NCBI GenBank assembly: GCA_947626305.1
Contig: CANQRP010000001.1
Location: 1 to 54,682 of the forward strand
Direction: 5' to 3'
Source of the DNA: an uncultured Clostridia bacterium
GTDB lineage: Bacteria; Bacillota; Clostridia; Christensenellales; Borkfalkiaceae
DNA: 54,682 bases
In this document: piece by piece, positions 17,314 to 26,600 of the stretch
How the letters are laid out: every line of letters starts with the position of its first letter
How positions within the stretch are numbered: position 1 is the stretch's first letter
Translations under genes and position numbers: made by a program
Notes under the pieces: generated by a model
What the model saw: the letters and a program-made list of their open reading frames with translations, nothing else
The model's database searches: none
Told to the model about the DNA's origin: nothing

Positions 17314-20283
17314 ATGGTGAAGTGGGTGAAAAGGATCTTGCCGCCGGTCGTCGTTTGCCTCGTCATCGGCGTCGTCACCGCCATCATGATCGGCTATTTC
17401 AATTCGATTGCCGCCCAGGTACGGACAGACGGCGAACGCCACCTGAAAGAGATCTACGGACAGGTCAACCGCTCTTTCGGGTCCTTTCTCGACCGCAACT
17501 GGGGGCTTCTCGAAAGTTGCGACGACTACTACACCCTTGTTTCGGCATCCAACGACACCGCCTCCGACCGGATGCTGGAATTTGTCGAAGACAAAAAAGA
17601 ATATTGGGGATTCACCGATTTTTACTTCCTCAACGAGGAGCGGAACTATTATTCCATCGAAACTGGAAGGGGCGCAGAACCGCTCAAAAACGCTTCCGAA
17701 CAGCTGATCTTAGAGAAAAAACCGATCATGATCGGCGAACGCATCGGCGGAAGAGAGGTCACGATGTTTGCGATCGCGGCGGAGGGCAGCTATCGCGACT
17801 TCCCCTTTACGGCGATCGGCATCAGCTACACCAACACCGACATGGCGAAAGCGCTCAATGCCAACGCGTTCGAAGGCAAGGCGCAGTGCTATATTCTCCG
17901 CCCGGACGGCAGCGTGCTGCTCTCTACCGCGGTGGGAAGCGGCTCGATGCGCAACTATTTCGAATATCTGAGCGGACTCATCGACGAGGAAGCGCTCGCC
18001 AAGATCGAGAGCGACCTCGTTGTCATGCGCGACGCGCAGACGGAGGAGGGCGCGCAAAGCGCCGATCGGTACGGCTTCCTCCAGACCGAGATGGGCAGGG
18101 AGACGCGCTGTCTCATCTATATGCCCATCGGCTATGAGGATTACTTCCTCCTCAGCGACGTTCCGCAGACGGAAGTCAGCCAGGGCTTCCTGCTCGCCCA
18201 GCGCGATACCATGCGCGTGCTCATCACCATTTTCTCGCTCATCATTGCGGCATTCCTCGTCTTTGCCGTGGTGCGCATCGTAAGCCAGTCGAGACGCAGC
18301 AAGAAAGAGCTCATGTACCGCGAGCGGATGTTCGATGTCCTCTCCAACACCGTGAACGACATCTTCCTCATGCTCGACCCGCAGACGCAAAGCGTGGACT
18401 ACATCAGCCCGAACGTGGAGCGGCTGCTCGGCATCAAGGCAAAGAAAGTGCGTGAAAATATCCGTTCGATGGCGGCATGCGCCGTGGACTACAACATCAT
18501 CGTGCCGGACGAAGAGCTCCGCGCCATCCCCATCGGCGAAAACCGCACGTGGGAATGCGAATATATGCATCAGGCGACGGGCGAGCGCAGGTGGTACCGC
18601 GTGGCGATCTACCACATGAGCATACAGGGAATGCAGAAATATGTTGTCGTGATGTCCGACCGTACCCTCGACAAGCAGCTCAACCGCAAATTGCAGGAGG
18701 CGCTCGACGCCGCCAAGAGCGCAAACGAGGCAAAGAGCAATTTCCTCTCCAACATGTCGCACGACATCCGCACCCCCATGAATGCGATCGTGGGCTTCTC
18801 GGTGCTTCTCGAACGCAATGCCGACGACACCGACCTCGTGCGCGAATATACCCGCAAGATCATGGCGTCCAGCCACCACCTGCTCTCGCTCATCAACGAC
18901 GTGCTCGATATGAGCAAGATCGAGAGCGGTAAGACCTCCATCAACATCGCGCGTTTCAGTCTGCCCGACCTGTTGGAGGAACTCAACGTCATCATCATGC
19001 CGCAGGCGCGCGCCAAGAACCAGGAGTTCTCCATCCACACGCACGGCACGCCCCCGGACGAGCTCATGGGAGACAGGCTCCGCCTCAATCAGATCCTGCT
19101 CAACTTGCTCTCCAACGCCATTAAATATACGCCCGTCGGCGGAAAGATCGACTTTACGGTGCAGGAGCTCCCCGAAACTTCCAAGCAATTGACAAAACTC
19201 CGCTTTATCGTGAAAGACAACGGCATCGGCATGAGCAAGGAGTTTGTAAAGGAGATCTTCCAGCCCTTCAGCCGTGAGAAGAATTCCACGGTCAATAACA
19301 TTCAGGGCACGGGGCTCGGCATGGCGATCACCAAAAATCTCGTGGACCTCATGGGCGGCATCATCGAAGTGGAGAGCGAACCGGGCGTGGGAAGCACCTT
19401 TACCACCGAACTCTCCTTCGCCCTTGTGGAAGAACAGGCGCAGGACGCCTGGCTGCACGACAAGATCACCCGCATGCTCGTGGCGGACGACGAGGAAGAG
19501 ATCTGCCTCAACATCCGCGATATGATGCACGATACGGGCGTGGACGTGAGTTATGTTACCGACGGCGAAGCTGCGGTGACTGCCGCGCTGCGTGCGCATG
19601 AACACGGGTCCGAATTCGACGTGATTCTGCTCGACTGGAAGATGCCCGGGATGGACGGCGTGCAGACCGCACGGCTCATCCGCGAAAAGGTGGGAAAGGA
19701 GATCCCCATCCTCGTGCTCACTTCCTACGATTGGAGCGACATCGAGACGGAGGCACGGCAGGCGGGCATCAATGCCTTTATGCCGAAGCCCTTCTTCACC
19801 TCCACTTTCTTTCAGACCATCAAACCCCTCTTCGCCGAGAAGACGGGAAAAGAACTCCCCGTGCCGCAGACCGCCGAAAGCAGTGCGATGGAGGGAAAGC
19901 TCTTCCTCGTTGCCGAGGACAACGAACTCAACGCCGAGATCCTCACCGAGATGCTCGGCATAGAAGGCGCCTCCTGCGACTTGGCGCCCAACGGAAAAGT
20001 CGCCGCGGAGATGTTCGAAAATTCCGCTCCGGGGCACTACGATATGATCTTGATGGATGTACAGATGCCCATCATGAACGGTTACGAGGCGACCAAGGAG
20101 ATCCGCGCTTCCGCACATCCCGACGCCAAGACCATCCCCATCGTCGCCATGACGGCGAATACCTTCGCCGAAGACGTGAAAAACGCCCTCGATGCGGGCA
20201 TGGACGCCCACCTCGCAAAACCGATCGACATGGACGCCGTGCGCAAAACGGTTGCACAGCTCCTCGACCGCCGACCCACCTAA
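17314..20283 (+). CDS. hybrid sensor histidine kinase with two C-terminal receiver domains
   Basis: N-terminal TM, extracytoplasmic region, second TM. H-box SHDIRTPMNAI, N/G boxes LLSNAIKYTP and GTGLGMAI. REC1 DVILLDWKMPGMDG, REC2 DMILMDVQMPIMNG. ATG at 17314 has an AAAGGAG RBS. Confidence 0.9.
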   Translation: MVKWVKRILPPVVVCLVIGVVTAIMIGYFNSIAAQVRTDGERHLKEIYGQVNRSFGSFLDRNWGLLESCDDYYTLVSASNDTASDRMLEFVEDKKEYWGFTDFYFLNEERNYYSIETGRGAEPLKNASEQLILEKKPIMIGERIGGREVTMFAIAAEGSYRDFPFTAIGISYTNTDMAKALNANAFEGKAQCYILRPDGSVLLSTAVGSGSMRNYFEYLSGLIDEEALAKIESDLVVMRDAQTEEGAQSADRYGFLQTEMGRETRCLIYMPIGYEDYFLLSDVPQTEVSQGFLLAQRDTMRVLITIFSLIIAAFLVFAVVRIVSQSRRSKKELMYRERMFDVLSNTVNDIFLMLDPQTQSVDYISPNVERLLGIKAKKVRENIRSMAACAVDYNIIVPDEELRAIPIGENRTWECEYMHQATGERRWYRVAIYHMSIQGMQKYVVVMSDRTLDKQLNRKLQEALDAAKSANEAKSNFLSNMSHDIRTPMNAIVGFSVLLERNADDTDLVREYTRKIMASSHHLLSLINDVLDMSKIESGKTSINIARFSLPDLLEELNVIIMPQARAKNQEFSIHTHGTPPDELMGDRLRLNQILLNLLSNAIKYTPVGGKIDFTVQELPETSKQLTKLRFIVKDNGIGMSKEFVKEIFQPFSREKNSTVNNIQGTGLGMAITKNLVDLMGGIIEVESEPGVGSTFTTELSFALVEEQAQDAWLHDKITRMLVADDEEEICLNIRDMMHDTGVDVSYVTDGEAAVTAALRAHEHGSEFDVILLDWKMPGMDGVQTARLIREKVGKEIPILVLTSYDWSDIETEARQAGINAFMPKPFFTSTFFQTIKPLFAEKTGKELPVPQTAESSAMEGKLFLVAEDNELNAEILTEMLGIEGASCDLAPNGKVAAEMFENSAPGHYDMILMDVQMPIMNGYEATKEIRASAHPDAKTIPIVAMTANTFAEDVKNALDAGMDAHLAKPIDMDAVRKTVAQLLDRRPT

Positions 20284-20296
20284 GGAGGACACCCCT

Positions 20297-21553
20297 TTGA
20301 AAAAAATATGCCTGCCGCTCGCCTGTATGCTGCTCCCCACGCTCCTGCTCCCGGGATGCGGTCCCACATACGACGCCGACGCCCTGAGCATCATGGGCAA
20401 GACGAGCGACCTCAACAAACCCTACATGACCGAGATCTTCGACCATTACCGCGAAACGACGGGCGAGAATCTCAATCTCATCGGCATCGTGGACGAAGAA
20501 TTCGAAACGGAGGCGCTGCGCCGCATGGGAACGGAGGAGGCGCCCGACATTCTGCTCCACTTCCACAACGCCGACCTCAACCGCTTCGATGTGCAGAACA
20601 ACTTCTGCGCCCTGAACAATGAGAGCTGGGTGAATGACCTCACGGACAGCGCAAAGGCGTATTGCACGGACAGCAGCGGCACCCTGCTCGGGCTCCCCTT
20701 TTGGGAGAGTTCGGTGTCCGGTTGTTACTACAATACCAAACTGCTCAAAGGATTGAGCGCCGCAACGACGCAGGAGGATTTCGACGGGCTCTGCGCAGCG
20801 CTCAAACGCAAGGGCATTACCCCCATCTGCTGGCCCGCGGACGGCTGCTCGTGGATGGTGCAATTCGGGCTCGATCCCATCTTTGCCGATGACCCGAAAG
20901 TGCTCGAACAGATCAACCGCAACGAGATCGGCTATGCCGACATCCCGGCGGTGACGGACATGGTGACTTGGATCGCGGGCGCCGCGGCAAAAGGCTGGTT
21001 CGGGGACAAATACATGCAGACGGGTTGGGACGACATCTCCGACATGCTCAGCTCGGGCGAAGCCGCCATGACCTTTATCTGGGACACCTGGTTCTACACC
21101 GATTTCAAACCGAGAAAGTACACCAAGGAGGACTTTGCGCTCATGCCGGTGTTCATGAACACCGCGGAGGGCGGGACCTACGAGGGCGGCAACCTGAACA
21201 TGATGATGGTGAACAAGAACAGCGAAAAAAGAGAGCGTGCGCTCGAATTCCTCTCCTTCTGCGCCCAACCCGAAAATTACAACGTCGCCTTTCGGGACAT
21301 CTCCACGGTGAGCGTGTTCAAGGAGCAGACAACGAACATCCAATCGAAAATGGTGACGGACGCGAAGGACTCCATCGCCGCGCACGAACGGGTGTCCACC
21401 GCCAATACCAAGGTGATCGGATACAGTGCCGAGGAGGCGGTGGGCGCGCTCAACAAGCTCTTCCTCGGGCAGACCACGATCGCAGAATGTATCCGCAAAA
21501 TGGACGAAGACCGCCGCGCCGCCGCAAAACAGCTCGGCATTGCGGGATTTTAA
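20297..21553 (+). CDS. orphan family-1 solute-binding lipoprotein, translationally coupled to the hybrid kinase
   Basis: TTG start 8 nt after a GGAGG that overlaps the kinase stop. Signal (M)KKICLPLACMLLPTLLLPGC. No adjacent permease or ATPase genes. Confidence 0.8.
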   Translation: MKKICLPLACMLLPTLLLPGCGPTYDADALSIMGKTSDLNKPYMTEIFDHYRETTGENLNLIGIVDEEFETEALRRMGTEEAPDILLHFHNADLNRFDVQNNFCALNNESWVNDLTDSAKAYCTDSSGTLLGLPFWESSVSGCYYNTKLLKGLSAATTQEDFDGLCAALKRKGITPICWPADGCSWMVQFGLDPIFADDPKVLEQINRNEIGYADIPAVTDMVTWIAGAAAKGWFGDKYMQTGWDDISDMLSSGEAAMTFIWDTWFYTDFKPRKYTKEDFALMPVFMNTAEGGTYEGGNLNMMMVNKNSEKRERALEFLSFCAQPENYNVAFRDISTVSVFKEQTTNIQSKMVTDAKDSIAAHERVSTANTKVIGYSAEEAVGALNKLFLGQTTIAECIRKMDEDRRAAAKQLGIAGF

Positions 21554-21567
21554 GGAACTTCCCCCGA

Positions 21568-21640
21568 CGAAACCAAACCGGAAAACCAAAGCGGAAAACC
21601 AACCCAAAAACCAAGCCGGAAAACCGACAAAAAACAAACC
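21568..21640 (+). repeat. A/C-rich tandem ~13-nt repeats in the 3' untranslated region of the SBP gene
   Basis: aaaccggaaaacc / aaagcggaaaacc / aacccaaaaacc / aagccggaaaacc / gacaaaaaacaaacc. Confidence 0.7.
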
Positions 21641-21669
21641 CCGAGAGCGGACAGGTCTCTTGGGGTTTT
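21639..21669 (+). terminator. intrinsic terminator after the SBP gene
   Basis: ccccgagag / ctcttgggg 9-bp stem (one G-U), 9-nt loop, then TTTT. Confidence 0.55.
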
Positions 21670-21695
21670 CCATACAATTCTGCTGTTTGAGTTTG

Positions 21696-21729
21696 AAAAG
21701 CCGCCCGCAGCGTTTGCGCTGCGGGCGGC
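21696..21729 (-). terminator. intrinsic terminator after pilO (between convergent genes)
   Basis: 13-bp perfect GC-rich stem gccgcccgcagcg / cgctgcgggcggc with a 4-nt loop, followed on the minus strand by cTTTTc. Confidence 0.65.
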
Positions 21730-21752
21730 TTGATATTCCGTTGTCCCGGAAA

Positions 21753-22343
21753 TCAGTTACCGGAATCGAGTTCGAAGAACTTGATCGAACAGGTCACACC
21801 GATGGAGGTGGCGTTTTCGAGATCGCTGTCCGGGTTGAGGCGCAACCACGACATGGAGCAGCGGTATCCGGTGTTCATGAGGTCGTGCAGAACGGCCTTC
21901 GTCTTGTCGTACACGGTCGCCTCGTTGCCCTTGTCCTTCACGGTAAAGGACAGCCGCACGGTGCGGGTGCGCACGCCGTCGCTCGGAGCCGAGGTGTCGT
22001 AGTCGATGCTGCTCGATTCCATTCCCGCGAAGATCGCCTTAAAGCAGGCGTGCAGCTTTTCCTGCTGTTTGTTGTTGTCGTACTGGGGCATGACGGTTTT
22101 ATCGCCGCTCGCCTCGATTTTGTCGAGTTCCGCACGCATTCTGTCGTAATCGGCTTTGAGCCCGTTTGCGACTTCGATCTGCATGTTCACGGTGTCGAGG
22201 TCCTCGTTGACCTTCGCTCTGCGCTCCGTGATGGGATAGTAGACCAAGCCGAAATAGAGCCCGATCAAGAGCACCACGAGCAAAACGATGAGAAGGATCG
22301 TTTCGCGAAGGGTAAAACGGCGTTTGAGATACTTATTCGCCAT
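21753..22343 (-). CDS. pilO: type IV pilus assembly protein PilO-like
   Basis: Short basic N-terminus, one TM (ILLIVLLVVLLIGLYFGLV), then a coiled-coil. Position directly after pilM-pilN. Confidence 0.6.
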   Translation of the reverse strand: MANKYLKRRFTLRETILLIVLLVVLLIGLYFGLVYYPITERRAKVNEDLDTVNMQIEVANGLKADYDRMRAELDKIEASGDKTVMPQYDNNKQQEKLHACFKAIFAGMESSSIDYDTSAPSDGVRTRTVRLSFTVKDKGNEATVYDKTKAVLHDLMNTGYRCSMSWLRLNPDSDLENATSIGVTCSIKFFELDSGN

Positions 22344-22344
22344 A

Positions 22345-22998
22345 TCAGTTTCCTCCTTGGTCTGCGGGCACAAGACGGATCGTCATGCTCAGCGTTGCGC
22401 TTTCCGCACCCGTATCGTCCATTTCGAAGTTCACGTGCGACACTTCCACCCAGTCAACGATCCCCTCTTTTTCATTCAGCTGCTGCTGCATGGGTTCGAT
22501 GTCCTCACGCAACACGCCCGACACGGTGAGTTCCACCGTGTTGTTTTCGAGGAGCGCGGCGCTCGTGATCTTGCCCTTTTCGAACACGGTCTCTTCGAGG
22601 AGCGCCAGGATCTCTTCGCGGTTCACGATCTCGCGGGGGAAATTCTCGTAGTTGTATCTGCGATAATTGTCGCGGACCTCCTCGCGGGAGGGATTGGACA
22701 TACTGTCGTAGATCTGTTCGAGTTGCGTTTGCTTTTCGGCGAGGTCCGCCTCCGCCCTTTCCACGGCGAGATAGGGGCGGTACACCCCGAAGAACTCGAC
22801 GATGACGAGGATGATGAAGATCACGGCGAGAAGGAGGAAGAATAGCTCATACGAGATGCTCGTTTTCTCGCGCATGCAGAGGTTCACGGTCTCTTTCGAG
22901 GCGTGCTTGGAAGGGGGCGCCTGATACGTCCGCTTATTGGCGACGTCGTAAAAAGTGACCTGCACTTCGGCTTCTTTTTCTTTCTTCTTGGTAGCCAT
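22345..22998 (-). CDS. pilN: type IV pilus assembly protein PilN-like
   Basis: AAGGAGG RBS. Cytoplasmic N-terminus with an INLLP-like VNLCM, one TM, coiled-coil. Position after pilM. Confidence 0.6.
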   Translation of the reverse strand: MATKKKEKEAEVQVTFYDVANKRTYQAPPSKHASKETVNLCMREKTSISYELFFLLLAVIFIILVIVEFFGVYRPYLAVERAEADLAEKQTQLEQIYDSMSNPSREEVRDNYRRYNYENFPREIVNREEILALLEETVFEKGKITSAALLENNTVELTVSGVLREDIEPMQQQLNEKEGIVDWVEVSHVNFEMDDTGAESATLSMTIRLVPADQGGN

Positions 22999-23007
22999 AG
23001 TACCTCC

Positions 23008-23991
23008 TTATTGCAGAGCGACGCCCGCGGCACAAGCGATGAGCGGGTAGTCGATCGACTCTTTGGAACTGTTCCCTTCGAAGAACTCGCTCATGTCGGT
23101 CAGTTGGATGGGAAGAGTGCCGCGAAGGGTATTCATGAGCGCTTCGTTATGGGCGCCGCCGCCGCAACAGTGCAGGTGCTCGAGGTCGCTTCCGCCGTTG
23201 AAGCGGTAGAAGTTGATCGCTTTGAGCACTTCGAGCGCCATGGCGCCGTAGATGGTGCGGCAGGCGTCGAGGTCATTTGCGCCGTTGTTGTTGTTTTCGC
23301 GATAGGTCGCCGCCATGTAGGTGTCTACCCCGAAGTGTTCGGAGATCACCTCATCGAGCGCGTTGCAGCCGTAGTCGATGACGCGGACGCCCTCGAACAG
23401 GGTGCCGTCGTACAAAAAGAGCTTAACGGCGTTGTGCCCGATATCGAGGATGCCGTGGTGGTGGGAAGTATCCTTTGCTCTTTTGAGCAGGTTGACGTAG
23501 GAGAACTCCTCGGGGATGATGGTTTTGAGCTTGAAGCCCGCCTTTTTGAACATGGAGACGTAGTCCGCCACCACTTCCTTGCGCGTTGCGGCGGCGAGAA
23601 CGTCGAATTCGGGCGGACGTTCGTCTTCGTAGCGGACGGCGTTGAGCACTGCGCAGTCGAAGAAATAATGGCTCTTGTCGTCCGTGATGAAGTCGCGGAA
23701 GCCGTAGGGAAGGTTGAACATGAGCTGTTCGCGGGTATTTGCCGCAACAAAGAAACGGCGGCAATAGCAAAGCGGCGCGGGAAGGATGAGGGCGGCGTTG
23801 CGGGTAGGCAACTTCTGCGTGCGGCGGATCTCTTTGAGCGCGTCGGTCATCGCCTCGTAAGAGACGATGGTCCCGTTCTTCACGAGGTCGGCGGCAACGC
23901 GCACGGTGTACCCGCGCACAATGGAGCCCTTCTTCTGGACCGCGATGTGAACCGCATGATTCCCGATATCGAAACCGATGCAATTTTTCAT
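23008..23991 (-). CDS. pilM: type IV pilus assembly protein PilM (actin-like ATPase fold)
   Basis: MKNCIGFDIGNHAVHIA..., second phosphate-binding block HHHGILDIGHNAVKL, late GGGA motif. Confidence 0.85.
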   Translation of the reverse strand: MKNCIGFDIGNHAVHIAVQKKGSIVRGYTVRVAADLVKNGTIVSYEAMTDALKEIRRTQKLPTRNAALILPAPLCYCRRFFVAANTREQLMFNLPYGFRDFITDDKSHYFFDCAVLNAVRYEDERPPEFDVLAAATRKEVVADYVSMFKKAGFKLKTIIPEEFSYVNLLKRAKDTSHHHGILDIGHNAVKLFLYDGTLFEGVRVIDYGCNALDEVISEHFGVDTYMAATYRENNNNGANDLDACRTIYGAMALEVLKAINFYRFNGGSDLEHLHCCGGGAHNEALMNTLRGTLPIQLTDMSEFFEGNSSKESIDYPLIACAAGVALQ

Positions 23992-24006
23992 GAGCGTTCT
24001 CCTTTT

Positions 24007-24786
24007 TTATGTTAATAGAGAAAGATACCAAGTGAGGATCTCGCCGCCCGCGAGCAGCGTAAAGAGCGCCGCAAGCACGATGGCGGGACCGAAGGGGAAC
24101 TCCTTGTCTTTCCCCTTTCGCACGGAGAAAGAGAGGAGGAGCCCGATGACGCACGCCGCAAGGAGCATCAGCACCCCTTGGGCAAGCCCCGTATAGAGCC
24201 CGAGCATGGCAAACAGTTTGATGTCGCCGCCGCCGAGGCTCTCCTTTTTGAGGAGGAAGTCCATCCCGAGCGAGAGCAACAGCATGCCGCCGCCGAGGAC
24301 GAGGGCGCCCAAAATTGCGTCTTGAGCGCGGGAGGCGTGGTCGCCGCAGAGATAGAAGAAGGCGGCAAACAGCACCACCCCGTAGAGCACGAGCCCATCG
24401 GGGATCTCCATGGAGTCGCGGTCGATGAGGGCGACGGCAAGGAGGGCGGGCAGGAGCATGAGGTATTCGAGCGTGACGAACGAGAAGCCGAAGCGCAGGA
24501 ATACGGCGAGGTAGACGAAGGCGGACACGAGCTCCGTAAAGAGACAGCGGATGGGGATGGGCGCGCCGCATTTTCGGCATCTTCCGCGGAGGAAGAGGTA
24601 GCTGAAAATGGGGATGAGGTCCAAAAAGCCCAGCGTTCTGCCGCAGGCGGGGCAGTAGCTTCTGCCTTTGAGCACGCTCTGCTTAGCGAGATAGCGATCG
24701 GCGGCGCAGGTAACGAAGCTGCCCATACACGCGCCGAACAGGAACGCAAGGATCCCGATATATATTTGCAATAAGAGCATAGTCAA
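24007..24786 (-). CDS. pilD: prepilin peptidase (A24 family)
   Basis: N-terminal zinc-finger CPACG...CRKCG. Polytopic. Catalytic-Asp contexts IDRDSMEIPD and GGGDIKLFAMLG. Confidence 0.9.
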   Translation of the reverse strand: MTMLLLQIYIGILAFLFGACMGSFVTCAADRYLAKQSVLKGRSYCPACGRTLGFLDLIPIFSYLFLRGRCRKCGAPIPIRCLFTELVSAFVYLAVFLRFGFSFVTLEYLMLLPALLAVALIDRDSMEIPDGLVLYGVVLFAAFFYLCGDHASRAQDAILGALVLGGGMLLLSLGMDFLLKKESLGGGDIKLFAMLGLYTGLAQGVLMLLAACVIGLLLSFSVRKGKDKEFPFGPAIVLAALFTLLAGGEILTWYLSLLT

Positions 24787-24924
24787 GGCGCCTCCTTAGG
24801 AGGAGCTGTCACCGCAGGTGACTGAGGTGGTGATGATTCGGAAGCAAAGGGCACCACCCCCCTACCCCCCTCCTTGGAGGGGGCTCCTGATTGCGCCGCT
24901 CCAATCCTTGGAAGGGGCGCTTCA

Positions 24925-24970
24925 CCCAATGTCATAACACACGCAGGGGGGCGGGGGTTATGACATTGGG
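24925..24970. repeat. 14-bp perfect inverted repeat in the pilA-pilD spacer
   Basis: cccaatgtcataac - 18 nt - gttatgacattggg. Confidence 0.7.
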
Positions 24971-25061
24971 GGGCAAAAATGCCCTCCGTTGTCCCTCCGC
25001 TGCCGCCGCATCCCTTCATCCCTGTCCGACGGCGCGGAGAGTTAAGTTCGTTTTAATTCTA

Positions 25062-25544
25062 TTATGACGCAGTTCCTGTTTTCAGATTGGTAATGGTTAT
25101 GAAAACAGTAACATCATAACCACCGGCATCATTCTTCACGCAAGAATCAACAGCAGTTTCTGCAAGCGAACCAGAGGATACCTCATCCCCGGATGCTTTA
25201 ACAACCTCGACTTCTACAACATTGCCGGAAGCATCAATTTTACCGGTCGCTTTCCAAGGTCCTTTCAAAGCCCAAGAATAAGGTGTCTTAGTGCCGTCGC
25301 CCTCAAGCGTATAAATGGCATCGGTTGCGTCTAAAGCCGCTTTTGTGGTCGGTTCATAATTCAGAATTTCAACAACAGCAGCACCACGAACGGCACGGAT
25401 GTTTGCATCTTCGGTCGCTTTTTGCGCTCTAGTCAAAGCGCTCACAAACAGCGGAACTGCGATGGCAACGAGGACGGCGATGATCGCGACAACGATCAAA
25501 AGCTCTGCAAGGGTAAAGCCCTTGCGATTGTTTCTTTTCAACAT
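25062..25544 (-). CDS. pilA: type IV major pilin (prepilin N-terminal cleavage/methylation domain)
   Basis: Class III signal MLKRNNRKG|FTLAELLIVVAIIAVLVAIAVPLF with Glu at +5. AAGGAG RBS. Visibly lower GC than the flanks. Confidence 0.9.
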   Translation of the reverse strand: MLKRNNRKGFTLAELLIVVAIIAVLVAIAVPLFVSALTRAQKATEDANIRAVRGAAVVEILNYEPTTKAALDATDAIYTLEGDGTKTPYSWALKGPWKATGKIDASGNVVEVEVVKASGDEVSSGSLAETAVDSCVKNDAGGYDVTVFITITNLKTGTAS

Positions 25545-25704
25545 TTTTTTTACTCCTTATAAAATCATGATTTTTATTTCTTACACCGCCGGGATGAAGC
25601 AGTGCTTGAAAACTTTGATTTGTGCTGTGGCGACCCCTCGACAGGCTCAGGGTAACATATTAGAATGTCAGAGTGACATAGAGCGTCAGGGTGACAATGT
25701 TCCT

Positions 25705-25780
25705 AATTGTCATGTTGAGCGGAGGCGTAGCCGCAGTCGAAACATCGCATTGGTTTTAATACTAAGGCGACCCTTCGACA
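25705..25780. repeat. GIY-YIG-island repeat unit, copy 1
   Basis: aattgtcatgttgagcggaggcgtagccgcagtcgaaacatcgcattggttttaatactaaggcgacccttcgaca. Confidence 0.85.
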
Positions 25781-25933
25781 GAAAACTGTGGCGACCCTTC
25801 GACAGGCTCAGGGTGACAGTTTTTTATGCTGTGGCGACCCTTCGACTTCGCTACTTCGTCGCTACGCTCCTCGTGCCGCCCTTCGACAACATGGAACGTG
25901 CGGGCGGGGCAGGGTGACATATTAGAGCTCCCA

Positions 25934-26008
25934 AATTGTCATGTTGAGCGGAGGCGTAGCCGTAGTCGAAACATCGCATTGGTTTTAATACTGAGGCGAC
26001 CCTTCGAC
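25934..26008. repeat. GIY-YIG-island repeat unit, copy 2
   Basis: Same unit as copy 1, with 2 substitutions over 75 bp. Confidence 0.85.
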
Positions 26009-26055
26009 TTCGCTCAGGGTGACATATTAGAATGTCAGGGTGACATATTAGAGCA

Positions 26056-26355
26056 TCAGGGTGACAAATTGGGTGGCGCGTTGGGCATCAACTCTTCCCA
26101 TTTGGGATTGAGCGTTCTTATTAAACTTTGCTTCCTCTCTCGCTTCCACCCTTTTAACTGTTTTTCTCTGTGAATGGCTTGCTTTATATCGTTCCACTCC
26201 TCGCAATATACGAGTTTGTGCAAATGATATTTCTTGGTAAATCCGTCGATCTGTTCCGCACGATGTTCACCTATGCGGCGGGCAAGATCGTTTGTTACAC
26301 CAATGTATAATACACTATTGAAATCGTCTGTCAAAATGTATATATAGTATGGCAT
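26056..26355 (-). CDS. GIY-YIG nuclease family protein (UPF0213-like)
   Basis: MPYYIYILTDDFNSVLYIGVTNDLARRIGEH...KQAIHREKQLKGWKRERK. AT-rich. The 3' end runs into the flanking repeat family. Confidence 0.85.
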   Translation of the reverse strand: MPYYIYILTDDFNSVLYIGVTNDLARRIGEHRAEQIDGFTKKYHLHKLVYCEEWNDIKQAIHREKQLKGWKRERKQSLIRTLNPKWEELMPNAPPNLSP

Positions 26356-26384
26356 AACTTTTATACCGCCATGTTTTTGTTCTC

Positions 26385-26482
26385 AATTGTCATGTTGAGC
26401 GGAGGCGTAGCCGCATTATGATTGTCATTCCGAGCGTAGTCGAGGAATCGCATTATTTTTAATACTGCGGCGACCCTTCGAC
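26385..26482. repeat. GIY-YIG-island repeat unit, copy 3 (composite)
   Basis: The first 30 bp are identical to copy 1. A variant core follows, attgtcattccgagcgtagtcgaggaatcgcatt, and then the shared tail. Confidence 0.8.
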
Positions 26483-26524
26483 AGGCTCAGGGTGACAGTT
26501 AGAGCGTCGGGTGACAGTGTTCCT

Positions 26525-26600
26525 AATTGTCATGTTGAGCGGAGGCGTAGCCACAGTCGAAACATCGCATTATTTTTAATACTAAGGCGACCCTTCGACA
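26525..26600. repeat. GIY-YIG-island repeat unit, copy 4
   Basis: Same unit as copy 1, with 3 substitutions. Confidence 0.85.

Noticed and set aside
23423-24580. 385-aa minus-strand ORF overlapping pilM and pilD in an alternative frame
   Set aside because: Extremely Arg/Pro/His-rich. pilM and pilD in the other frames carry the family motifs.
24861-24972. G-quadruplex formation from the G/C runs in the pilA-pilD spacer
   Set aside because: The runs are few and separated by long loops, or would need zero-length loops, so a stable three-tetrad G4 cannot be drawn. Hairpin explanations are simpler.
24783-25019. 78-aa ORF in the pilA-pilD spacer
   Set aside because: Gly/Pro-rich translation of homopolymer and palindrome sequence with no RBS. 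Better explained as structured non-coding spacer.
25545-25700. c-di-GMP riboswitch upstream of pilA (also looked for upstream of pilB at 30753-30907 and of the pilin operon at 48464-48560)
   Set aside because: No GEMM-like conserved segments (for example the ACGCAAAGC-type core or paired GNRA/receptor helices) could be recognised by eye, and the pilB leader is only ~37 nt. A covariance-model scan would be needed to exclude one formally.
25399-26173. Plus-strand ORFs (172 aa and 115 aa) across the repeat island, with peptides such as RRPFDRKLWRPFDRLRVT
   Set aside because: They consist of translated repeat units on the strand opposite all neighbouring genes and lack starts with an RBS. They are artefacts of repeat periodicity.
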